This document shows positions 1-7,939 of a DNA stretch of 64,000 bases, in pieces (position 1 is the stretch's first letter; the number at the start of each line of letters is the position of its first letter). Source of the DNA: Myxococcota bacterium (GTDB lineage Bacteria > Myxococcota_A > UBA9160 > PR03); the NCBI GenBank assembly GCA_041611735.1, contig JBFIML010000001.1:1-64000 (forward strand), in the 5' to 3' direction. The notes below the pieces were generated by a model that did not search any database, was not told the DNA's origin, and saw only the letters and a program-made list of their open reading frames with translations. The translations under genes and the position numbers were made by a program.

Positions 1-33
1 GACCCCGGCCAGCCGGCCTGAAGGCGGCGGGCG

Positions 34-546
34 ATGCGGGAGGCGCCGCCATCCTCCGAGGCCGCGCGCGGACCGCGCTACCGCTGCCCGCCGAGCGCGC
101 GCTGGCTGCCCCGGGTCCTCGGGGCCGCGGTGCTGGCCGCCACGCTCGTCGCCGCCTACGCCGTGGACCCGCGCGGGGCGCTGCCGCGTTCGGCGATGCT
201 GCGCGGGCTGCTCGCGGTCGTCGGCGCGGGGCTCGCCCTGTGGATCGTGCGCAAGGGCGCCGAGGTGCGCACGCAGGTCGTGCTGGGCCGGGAGGGGGTG
301 GAGTTCCGCAGCGGGCGCGGCCGGGCCGCCCTGGCCTACGCGGACATCGGCGCCCTCGACCGGGCCCCGTCGTTCGGACCCTGGAGGCCCTCTCATGAAC
401 CCCTGGGGCGCCGGGCACGCGTTCTCGACCCGGTCTCTGCGTTGCGGAATCTCGCCGTAGCCAAGGCCATGGCCGCGACTTCGCGCCTCGATCTCGGGCC
501 GAACTCGCACACGTGGCTCGGTCTGGGTCCAGGAGAGGGCCTCTAG
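34..546 (+). CDS. Small membrane protein (two hydrophobic helices plus a bPH-like segment); last ~54 codons run through a MITE-like element, so possibly disrupted
   Basis: Two hydrophobic stretches (VLGAAVLAATLVAAYAV; GLLAVVGAGLALWIV), then 'VVLGREGVEFR...LAYADI'. After nt 384 the reading frame is the repeat element. Confidence 0.5.
   Translation: MREAPPSSEAARGPRYRCPPSARWLPRVLGAAVLAATLVAAYAVDPRGALPRSAMLRGLLAVVGAGLALWIVRKGAEVRTQVVLGREGVEFRSGRGRAALAYADIGALDRAPSFGPWRPSHEPLGRRARVLDPVSALRNLAVAKAMAATSRLDLGPNSHTWLGLGPGEGL
384..543. mobile_element. MITE/ERIC-like non-autonomous palindromic element, copy 1 (160 bp)
   Basis: Perfect 11-bp terminal inverted repeat GAGGCCCTCTC (384-394) / GAGAGGGCCTC (533-543), 19/22 when extended. 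Internally a long imperfect hairpin. Clearly homologous to 38987-39129. Confidence 0.75.
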
Positions 547-1832
547 GCCCGTCCCACCGCGGCGCGCAGGCGGAACACGTTGGCGCCCGCCGTGGCGTGC
601 GTCCCGATCGCCAGGAACCCGAGCACCGCCACCACCTGGCCGGTCACCCCCGCCACCAGGGCCAGGAAGAGCCGGCCATCGCGTCCGAGCAGCAGCCAGC
701 GCAGCGGTGACGCCCGTTCGTCGTCCCGCTCCAGCGGCTCCCCGTAGCGTTCCTCCACGAGGGTCGAGAGGCTGCTGCCCTGCATGGCGAGGAAGCCGAG
801 CACCACCGCGGCATTGCCGGCTCCCATGATCCAGGCATAGAGCGTCATGCCTCCGATCAGCGCTGCGTCGCCGACGCCGCTCAACACCACTTCGTAGATC
901 CAGCCGAAGGGCGAGTCCTGGTAGCGGACGCGTGCGATCTGGCCGTCCACCCCATCGAGCACCGACGAGACCTGCGCCAGCAGTCCGCCCGCCGCCGCCT
1001 GCCCGAAGGCGAAGGCTGCACCTGCTGCGATGGTGAGCACGAAGCTCGCCACCGTGACCTGCCAGCTCTTGACGTCGCGGGAGAGCAGCCGCTCGGTGAT
1101 GCGCAGACAGATCGGGCGATTGAGCAGACGCGCGAGGGGTCCTTCGGACGTGCGCACGGCGCCGGCCAGCACCTCGCGTCGTGCAGCCAGCCAGTCCGAG
1201 CGCACCCGCACTGGCCGCCAGCGCTCCCGCACCGGCCAGCTCTCCACCGGCTCGCGACGCACCAGGGCCGCCAGGGCCGCGAGCCAGCCGGGCTCGCCGG
1301 CCTGGGTGCGGGCCAGCTCTCGCGCCCAGCAGGCCGTCGCCAGGGCGAGACCGACGGCCACGCCGTCGGCGCCGACGAGCCGCCGTCCCACCGTCCGCAG
1401 CCTCGGCCGAGGCTCCCGGCTCCACACCGCCGCGTGCGGCAGGTCCGGATGCCGGTCGCGCGCGTCCTCGCGGAAGTCGACGGCCACCACGCTGTCCTCC
1501 GCGCCGCGCGTCTCCTCCACGAACCGGACCACCAGGCGGCGGTCGTAATGACAGTCGGCGCGAGCCACGAAGAAGCGCTCGTCGCCGCCCAGGGCCGGCA
1601 CCAGCGCACGAGCCGCCTGCACCCGCGCCCGCCGGCACGGCCCGCGCTTCAGGATGCGTGTCACCTCGGCGACGGCGTCGGCGTCGCCCACCACGAGGAA
1701 GCGGTCCACACCGGTGCGCAGGAAGGCGAGGACGGTGCGCTCGGCCGCCGTGAGCCCGAAGATGGGGGTGCGCGCCGCGCCGCTCCGCGGCGGAGCGTAG
1801 AGCACACAGCGAAGCTGGTCAGGCCGCTCCAT
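543..1832 (-). CDS. IPCT/DIPPS-like fusion (NTP-transferase-like domain plus CDP-alcohol phosphotransferase) with degenerate motifs
   Basis: 'LDGVDGQIAR...SPFG' CDP-OH-P motif, several C-terminal TM helices, overlaps the 3' end of ino1. Confidence 0.75.
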   Translation of the reverse strand: MERPDQLRCVLYAPPRSGAARTPIFGLTAAERTVLAFLRTGVDRFLVVGDADAVAEVTRILKRGPCRRARVQAARALVPALGGDERFFVARADCHYDRRLVVRFVEETRGAEDSVVAVDFREDARDRHPDLPHAAVWSREPRPRLRTVGRRLVGADGVAVGLALATACWARELARTQAGEPGWLAALAALVRREPVESWPVRERWRPVRVRSDWLAARREVLAGAVRTSEGPLARLLNRPICLRITERLLSRDVKSWQVTVASFVLTIAAGAAFAFGQAAAGGLLAQVSSVLDGVDGQIARVRYQDSPFGWIYEVVLSGVGDAALIGGMTLYAWIMGAGNAAVVLGFLAMQGSSLSTLVEERYGEPLERDDERASPLRWLLLGRDGRLFLALVAGVTGQVVAVLGFLAIGTHATAGANVFRLRAAVGRA

Positions 1833-2916
1833 GGGCGAGAAACGCCTCGATCTGCCGCCGGGCCTCTGCGTCCCGCATCTGCACCGGAGGATGCTTCATG
1901 GCGTAGGCGGAGATGGGGAGCAGGGGGCCGGCCAGCCCGCGCTCGCGCGCGAGTTTCACGTAGCGGATCACGTCGATCACGATGCCCGCCGAGTTCGGCG
2001 AATCCTGCACCGAGAGCCGCGCCTCGAGCTCGATGGGCGCCCCACCGAAGCCGTGCCCCTCGATGCGCAGGAAGCAGACCTTGTTGTCGTCCTGCCAGGG
2101 CACGTAGTCGCTGGGGCCGATGTGGACGTTGTCGGCGCCGATGTCGTACGGGATCTGCGAGGTCACGGCCTCGGTCTTGCTGATCTTCTTGGATGCCAGG
2201 CGCTCCCGGGACAGCATGTTCAGGAAGTCGGTATTGCCACCGGTGTTGAGCTGGTAGGTGCGCTCGACCCGGACCCCACGGTCCGCGAAGAGCTGCACCA
2301 GGGTGCGGTGCAGGATGGTGGCGCCCACCTGGGACTTGATGTCGTCCCCGGCACAGGGGATGCCCGCGGCGCGGAAACGCTCGCCCCACTGCGGGTCCGA
2401 CACGATGAAGACCGGCACGCAGTTCACAAAGGAGACTCCGGTCTCCAGGCACGCCTCCGCGTAGGACTGGACGGCCTTCTGGGAGCCGACCGGCAGGTAG
2501 GAGAGCAGCATTTCGGCGCCGCTGTCCCGCAGTACCTGGGCCACGTTCACGGGGGGCTCGTCGGCGACCCGGAAGGAGCGGTGCTCCGGGTAGTCGGCCA
2601 TGTGGTTGGCGATGCCGTCGTGCACGGGGCCCATGCGGACCCCGATCGGGCTCCCGGCGATCCGATCACGGATCGCGCGGGTGCAGTTCGGCGGGGCGAA
2701 AGCCGCCTCGTGGAGCGGACGCCCGACCTTGCGGGCGTCCACGTCGAAGGCGGCCACCACCTGGACGTCGGCGGGGCGATAACCCCCCATGTCGAGGTGC
2801 ATGAGTCCCCAGGCTTCCTGCTGCTCCGGGGGCAACTCGCGGTAGTGCTCGATTCCCTGGAGGAGGGAGCTGGCGCAGTTTCCCACCCCGGCAATGGCGA
2901 TCCTCACCTCTCCCAT
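1819..2916 (-). CDS. ino1: myo-inositol-1-phosphate synthase
   Basis: IAGVGNCASS, SYLPVGS, GDDIKSQVGAT, YQLNTGGNTD, SKKISKT and DSPNSAG motifs. Start taken at MGEVRIAI. Confidence 0.95.
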   Translation of the reverse strand: MGEVRIAIAGVGNCASSLLQGIEHYRELPPEQQEAWGLMHLDMGGYRPADVQVVAAFDVDARKVGRPLHEAAFAPPNCTRAIRDRIAGSPIGVRMGPVHDGIANHMADYPEHRSFRVADEPPVNVAQVLRDSGAEMLLSYLPVGSQKAVQSYAEACLETGVSFVNCVPVFIVSDPQWGERFRAAGIPCAGDDIKSQVGATILHRTLVQLFADRGVRVERTYQLNTGGNTDFLNMLSRERLASKKISKTEAVTSQIPYDIGADNVHIGPSDYVPWQDDNKVCFLRIEGHGFGGAPIELEARLSVQDSPNSAGIVIDVIRYVKLARERGLAGPLLPISAYAMKHPPVQMRDAEARRQIEAFLAHGAA

Positions 2917-2981
2917 TGGACCGTACCTCGCTCTGCGATGGGACGACGAGCCGAGCAAGCTCCCGAGGCGACACCAGGAGG

Positions 2982-4118
2982 CTAGACAGGCCCCCGGGGA
3001 CGGTCAAGGCTGTGCCCGACCCGGAAGAGACGGACGAGGCCCACACGCCGCAGCGTTGCGACCGGGCGCAAGCCGTGTTCCTTGGCCAGCCACTCGAGGC
3101 CCCGGCTGGCCACGGCTGCGGCCTTCTCGATGGCGCGCGGAATCGACTCCGGGTCGCCGAGGGGCAGGCGCTCCGCCACCGCCACCCGGTTTGCGAGGGC
3201 CACGAAGGCATAGAAGAAGGCGCGCCGCTCGTCGCCGTCCAGCTCGGCCGCGGCGCGGAAGACGGCCTGGGCAGAGTCCGCCGTCACGGGGAGGTCGGGC
3301 AGCCAGACGGGCAGATGCCATTCGCCCAGGGCGGGAGCGCCCCCGGCCGCGGGCAGCCCGGCGCGCTGCTCGGCACTCAGCACGGCGTAGATGCGCATCG
3401 CCTCCTGCCAGGCCGGGAAGCCCAGATCCTGCAGCCGGCCGTCGCGCCAGCGCAGCGCCCACTCCTCCAGGTCCGAGGCGAGCTCGTGCATCACGCCCTG
3501 GAGCGCGCGGAAGTAGAACCAGTAGTCCCGCTCGAAGAGGAGCCCGAGCAGGTGCAGGACGTCCGCCAGGTCGTCGTCGGCCCGACGCGCCAGGAGGTGG
3601 AACTGGCCGTCGAGGGTGCGCGCCCCCGTCGGCGGCTGCCAGCCGGGGTCCTCCGGCTTGAGCTGCACCTCCGCCCGCGCCCGGATCCAGAGCACCAGCA
3701 GCTCGGCGTCCAGGGCGCGCGCTGCGCGCAGCAGCGTGGCGTCGCCGGCCTGGGCACAGGCGTGGAACCAGGCGTCGAGCCGCTCTTCCGCGGGCGTGAA
3801 GCCGCTCCAGGCGTCGAGATCGAGACAGGCCTGCAGCTGCTCCCCCGAGGCGCACTCCAGCAGCCAGCCGGCATCTTCGAGACCCAGCGCCTTCACCGTG
3901 AAGCACAGCTCCGCCTCGGGCAGGCCCCGCACCACGCGGCGCGGGTCCCGCAGCAGGTCGAGCAGCGCGGCGCGGCGCGCCAAGGGCGTCTCGCACACCA
4001 GCCCGACCTGGCCTTCGAGGGAAAGGCGCTCGAGGGCCTCGGCTGCTGCGGCCCGATCGGTGTCAGCCAGTTCGAGAATGCGCCGCGCCGCCTCGGGCAG
4101 CGCGCGCTCGCGCGCCAT
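2982..4118 (-). CDS. DUF6178-like protein
   Basis: 'ASGEQLQACLDLDAW', 'LEEWALRWRDGRLQDLGFP', 'LANRVAVA' and 'LFRVG' resemble this deltaproteobacterial family. Confidence 0.7.
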   Translation of the reverse strand: MARERALPEAARRILELADTDRAAAAEALERLSLEGQVGLVCETPLARRAALLDLLRDPRRVVRGLPEAELCFTVKALGLEDAGWLLECASGEQLQACLDLDAWSGFTPAEERLDAWFHACAQAGDATLLRAARALDAELLVLWIRARAEVQLKPEDPGWQPPTGARTLDGQFHLLARRADDDLADVLHLLGLLFERDYWFYFRALQGVMHELASDLEEWALRWRDGRLQDLGFPAWQEAMRIYAVLSAEQRAGLPAAGGAPALGEWHLPVWLPDLPVTADSAQAVFRAAAELDGDERRAFFYAFVALANRVAVAERLPLGDPESIPRAIEKAAAVASRGLEWLAKEHGLRPVATLRRVGLVRLFRVGHSLDRPRGPV

Positions 4119-4166
4119 CGGCGCGGACGGTAGCGCATGCGCTCCGCGCTGACTCCGGCCGCGGGG

Positions 4167-4796
4167 CTAGCGCTGTACGAGAGGGACGAAGGCGCAGCCG
4201 CCCAGGTCCTCGCTCTGGAACGAGCCGTCCGCCCGACGCCGCACGCGCACCAGCTCCTGGAGACCCGGTGGCCCGATGGGTGCGAGCAGGCGTCCGCCCG
4301 GAGCGAGCTGCTCGAGCAGGGCCGCCGGGACGCGAGCGGCGGCGGCGGCCACCACCACGCCGTCGAAGGCGATCCGGCCGGGGAAGCCGCGATGGGCGTC
4401 GCCCACCACGAGATGCACGTTGCCGGGCACGCCCGGGTCGCGGGACAGCCGCTCCCGGGCCCGGACGACGAGCCGCTGCCGTAGCTCGATCCCGAACACG
4501 CGACGCACCAGGCGGGCCAGGATGGCCGCCTGGTAGCCGCTGCCCGTGCCCACGTCCAGCACCGTGTCGTCGGGCTTCGGCTCGAGAGCCTCGAGCATCA
4601 GGGCGACCATGGTGGGCTGGGAGATGGTCTGCCCCTCGGCCAGGGGGAGTGCGCGATCCTCCCAGGCGTACTCGGCCAGCTCCGCCGGCACGTACAGATC
4701 GCGCGGCGTCGCGAGCAGCGCGTGGAGGACGCGCGGATCGGAGACGCGCGTCGCCAGCTGCGAGCGCAGCCAGTTGCGCGGATCCTCGCGCGCCAT
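4167..4796 (-). CDS. pcm: Protein-L-isoaspartate O-methyltransferase
   Basis: GQTISQP, VLDVGTGSGYQAAIL, QLAPGGRL and FVPL motifs. Confidence 0.95.
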   Translation of the reverse strand: MAREDPRNWLRSQLATRVSDPRVLHALLATPRDLYVPAELAEYAWEDRALPLAEGQTISQPTMVALMLEALEPKPDDTVLDVGTGSGYQAAILARLVRRVFGIELRQRLVVRARERLSRDPGVPGNVHLVVGDAHRGFPGRIAFDGVVVAAAAARVPAALLEQLAPGGRLLAPIGPPGLQELVRVRRRADGSFQSEDLGGCAFVPLVQR

Positions 4797-4851
4797 GGGC
4801 GCATGGTACCATCGAGTCGATCCGCACAGGCGGCGCGGAGACCTCGTCGAG

Positions 4852-6369
4852 GTGATCGCACGAGCTTGGACGATACTGTCGGGGCTGCCGGCGGGCGCGC
4901 TGGCGGCGTTGGGGCTCCGGGAAGAGGCGGGTCCGGGGACCCTCGCGGCAGGGGCTCTCGTCGGAGGACTCGGGCTCGCACTGCTGGCGTCGTGGCTCGC
5001 CCGACGCGCGGGGGATCCCGGAGCCCCACGTCGGCTGGCTGCCGCCGCCTGCTGGGGATGGGTGGCCCTGCCGGCTCTGGGAGCCGCGCTGCTCGGGGTC
5101 CAGCCGGGCCCGGGGAGCCTGCTGCTGGCGGTCCTCTTGCTGCTCTCCCTCGCGCTGGCACGGGCCGCGCGGGCGCCGCACGGCGGGCCCGGCGCGGCGG
5201 GCATCGGGGCGCGCGCCGTCCTCGCCGCGGGTTTCGGCGGACTGGCGATCGTCTTCGTGGCGTCGCTGCTGGCCGCGCGCCACGCGCAGACGCCTCCGGT
5301 CAGCGCCGAGCGCGCCGCGGCCGTCTACGAGCTCGACGCGGCGGTGGTGACGCGCGCGCTCCCGCAATGCCGGCCCCGCCCCCGACGGGTGGAGACGCTG
5401 CTCGAGGTCGGCGCGCATCCGCGTCTCTCCTCCGATGGGAGCCGCGTCTGGTTCGACGCGGCCGACGCCAGCGGGCAGCGCCAGATCCAGCGTCTCGATC
5501 TCGAGAGCGGGCGCGTGGTGTGCTGGACCTGCGCCGAGCCCGGGCACAACGTGCGGCCGGCGCCGGGAGCGGGCGACCGGCTGGTGGCCTTCGAGACCGA
5601 TCGCTGGGTTTCGTGGCGACGACCCGCGGACAGCGAGATCCATGTGATCGACGGCCGGGGGGACGCGCCGAGCCGTCCCTCGCGGCGCCTCACGCTGTGG
5701 CCCGGAGCGGACGAGCATCCGACCTTCGGTCCCGACGGGCCGTATCTGGTCTGGTCGCGCTCGACCGGCGGGCGCTACGCGGTGGTGGGGGCGAGCGTGC
5801 TGAGCGGGCACGGGGGCCTGACGATGGGTGCGCCGGGCGTGCTCCTGGCGGGCGGAGCGGAGTGGGTGGCGCCCCTCGCCTGGTCGCCGGACGCGCGGGC
5901 CCTGGTGATCGCTCACGGGAATCCGCTGGCCGCCTCGGAGCTCGCCATTCTCGATCCGGCCACCGGCGATCGCCGACCGCTGCAGGCCGGCGCCGGCCGC
6001 GCCGCCTGCTTCGGCGCCGACGGGGGCTGGATGGCCGCCGCCACGGCGGCGGGGGCCGGCCTCGCCGCTCGCCTGCCCGCCGGGCTCGGCTTCCTGCTCG
6101 CTCCGCGGGCGGTCGATCGCACCCGCCATGCCCCCCTCCACGCCTCGGGCGGCGTGCGCGTGGGAGCCACCGAGAGGGGTCTCCAGTTCGACCTCGAGCT
6201 GGGCGAAGCCGCAGCCTGGGGCGAGCTCACGGGGCTCGCGCTCTCGGCCGACGCAGCGAGCCTGGTGCTCGGCCAGCGTCGCGCGGCCGGGAGCGGCGTG
6301 CAGGAGCGCCTGCTGCGCGTGGAGCTCGATTGCGACGTGGGATCCCGTCCGCCGGGCGGTGAGGCATGA
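4852..6369 (+). CDS. Membrane protein with several N-terminal TM helices and a C-terminal TolB/PD40-like beta-propeller
   Basis: Hydrophobic N-terminal third, then repeats 'PRLSSDGSRVWF', 'PTFGPDGPYLVW' and 'AWSPDARALV'. GTG start estimated. Confidence 0.65.
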   Translation: MIARAWTILSGLPAGALAALGLREEAGPGTLAAGALVGGLGLALLASWLARRAGDPGAPRRLAAAACWGWVALPALGAALLGVQPGPGSLLLAVLLLLSLALARAARAPHGGPGAAGIGARAVLAAGFGGLAIVFVASLLAARHAQTPPVSAERAAAVYELDAAVVTRALPQCRPRPRRVETLLEVGAHPRLSSDGSRVWFDAADASGQRQIQRLDLESGRVVCWTCAEPGHNVRPAPGAGDRLVAFETDRWVSWRRPADSEIHVIDGRGDAPSRPSRRLTLWPGADEHPTFGPDGPYLVWSRSTGGRYAVVGASVLSGHGGLTMGAPGVLLAGGAEWVAPLAWSPDARALVIAHGNPLAASELAILDPATGDRRPLQAGAGRAACFGADGGWMAAATAAGAGLAARLPAGLGFLLAPRAVDRTRHAPLHASGGVRVGATERGLQFDLELGEAAAWGELTGLALSADAASLVLGQRRAAGSGVQERLLRVELDCDVGSRPPGGEA

Positions 6370-7271
6370 GGAGGTTCCGGGCGACCGCGGGCGCCGCCCT
6401 CGGGCTCCTGATCGCCGCCTCGACGTCGCTGGCGGACGAGCCGTCGTCGGAGGCGGTGCTGGCGGAGCTGCCGATCCTCGAGGCGCCAGAGCCGAACCGC
6501 GTGGTGATCGACCTCGCCGCGCCGGGCAACCGTCCCCTGCGGGTTCTGCTCGACACCGGCGCGGCCCTGTCCTACGCCACGCCTCGCGCCGCTCGGGACC
6601 TCGGCATCCGGGTGCGCCGCCAGAAGTCGAGTGCCTACCGCCGGGCGACCCTCCTCGGGCGTGATCTCCAGCTCCTGGTGGACGCCTCCTCGAGCGACAC
6701 GGGGGCACGCACCAACTGGGAGTACGTCGTGGTGGGCGGAGACTTCCTGGCCCGCTACGTGCTCGAGATCGACTTCCACCGCGTGCGGGTACGTTTCCTC
6801 GATCCGGAGCGCTATCAGGTGCCCGAGCAGAGTGACGCTCCGGGAACGGCGGTGCTGCCGCTGCGCGTGGTCGGCAACCGGCCCGTGGTAGAGGTGCATG
6901 TCGGCAAGACGCGGGTCCCCTTCCTGATCGACACGGGGCTCCAGGGCACCTTGATCGTCTCCGGAGAGTGGGTGGAGCGGGCCGGACTCCAGTCGGACCC
7001 CGACGTGGATCCGGCCGCCGAGGGAACCCTCGGTCCGCTGCGCGTGGAGGCGGCGCGGGCCGCCCGGTTGCGGCTCGGGAGCTTCGAGGAGCGCGACGTA
7101 CCGATCCTGCTGGCGCCCCGCGGGCTCCACAACCAGGGCATCGGATCCGATTCCCTGCTGGGTGTCGATCTCCTGCGGCGCTTCGTGGTGCGCATCGACT
7201 ACCCCCGGCGACGTCTGTGGCTGTGGGAGCCGGCTCGCAAGCCTGGCGACGATGCGCCGTCCGCACCGTGA
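6366..7271 (+). CDS. Secreted retropepsin-like aspartyl protease with two domains
   Basis: Signal peptide, two catalytic motifs LLDTGA and LIDTGL, and 'LLGVDLLRRFVVRIDY'. Confidence 0.85.
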   Translation: MRRFRATAGAALGLLIAASTSLADEPSSEAVLAELPILEAPEPNRVVIDLAAPGNRPLRVLLDTGAALSYATPRAARDLGIRVRRQKSSAYRRATLLGRDLQLLVDASSSDTGARTNWEYVVVGGDFLARYVLEIDFHRVRVRFLDPERYQVPEQSDAPGTAVLPLRVVGNRPVVEVHVGKTRVPFLIDTGLQGTLIVSGEWVERAGLQSDPDVDPAAEGTLGPLRVEAARAARLRLGSFEERDVPILLAPRGLHNQGIGSDSLLGVDLLRRFVVRIDYPRRRLWLWEPARKPGDDAPSAP

Positions 7272-7300
7272 GGTCCCGGCATCCCGGGTATCCTCCGAGC

Positions 7301-7939
7301 GTGCTCAGCCTCGACCAGATCCGAGGGGCGCTGGTGCGCCATCGGCCCGTCACGACCCCCGACGAAGCCTCTCCCCGCGCCGCAGTGGCCCTGCTGCTGC
7401 GGCAGCGTCGCGCGGGAACGGAGATCCTCCTGATCGAGCGGGCCCGGCGGGAGGGGGATCCCTGGTCCGGCCACATGGCCTTCCCCGGCGGCCGGCTCCA
7501 GCCCGAGGACGCGAGCGCGCGTCACGCCGCGGAGCGGGAGACCCGCGAGGAGGTGGGGATCGCCGTGGAGCCCGCCCACCTGCTGGGCCGCCTCGACGAC
7601 CTTCCTGGCCGCCACGCGGGCCGGCGTTTCCCGCTGGTGATCTCGGCCTTCGTGTACGGCGTCTCCGACGCCGGGGAGCCCCGCGTGCCCAACGAGGAGG
7701 TGCGGTCGGCCCTCTGGGTGCCCACCAGCGAGCTCCTGGACCCGCAGCGCCACATCGAGCACCTGCTGCACCGCGGCGGCGGGACGCTGCGCTATCCGGG
7801 CATCGCAGTGGGTGGAGCCCAGCGGCGCGTGGTGTGGGGCCTCACCTATCGCTTCCTCGAGGTGTTCCTGGCCGTGGCCGGGCGTCCGCTCCCGGACCGT
7901 TGGGAGGGCTTTCCCGGGAGCGACGACGCGCCTAGCTGA
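7301..7939 (+). CDS. Nudix hydrolase, CoA pyrophosphatase family
   Basis: 'WSGHMAFPGG...AAERETREEVG' Nudix box and 'VWGLT'. Confidence 0.9.
   Translation: MLSLDQIRGALVRHRPVTTPDEASPRAAVALLLRQRRAGTEILLIERARREGDPWSGHMAFPGGRLQPEDASARHAAERETREEVGIAVEPAHLLGRLDDLPGRHAGRRFPLVISAFVYGVSDAGEPRVPNEEVRSALWVPTSELLDPQRHIEHLLHRGGGTLRYPGIAVGGAQRRVVWGLTYRFLEVFLAVAGRPLPDRWEGFPGSDDAPS

Noticed and set aside
4063-7476. Very long alternative-frame ORFs (e.g. 4063-7476, 21686-24559, 31009-33549, 50388-53234)
   Set aside because: They are Arg/Pro/Gly/Ala-rich shadow frames expected at this GC content and overlap well-supported genes.
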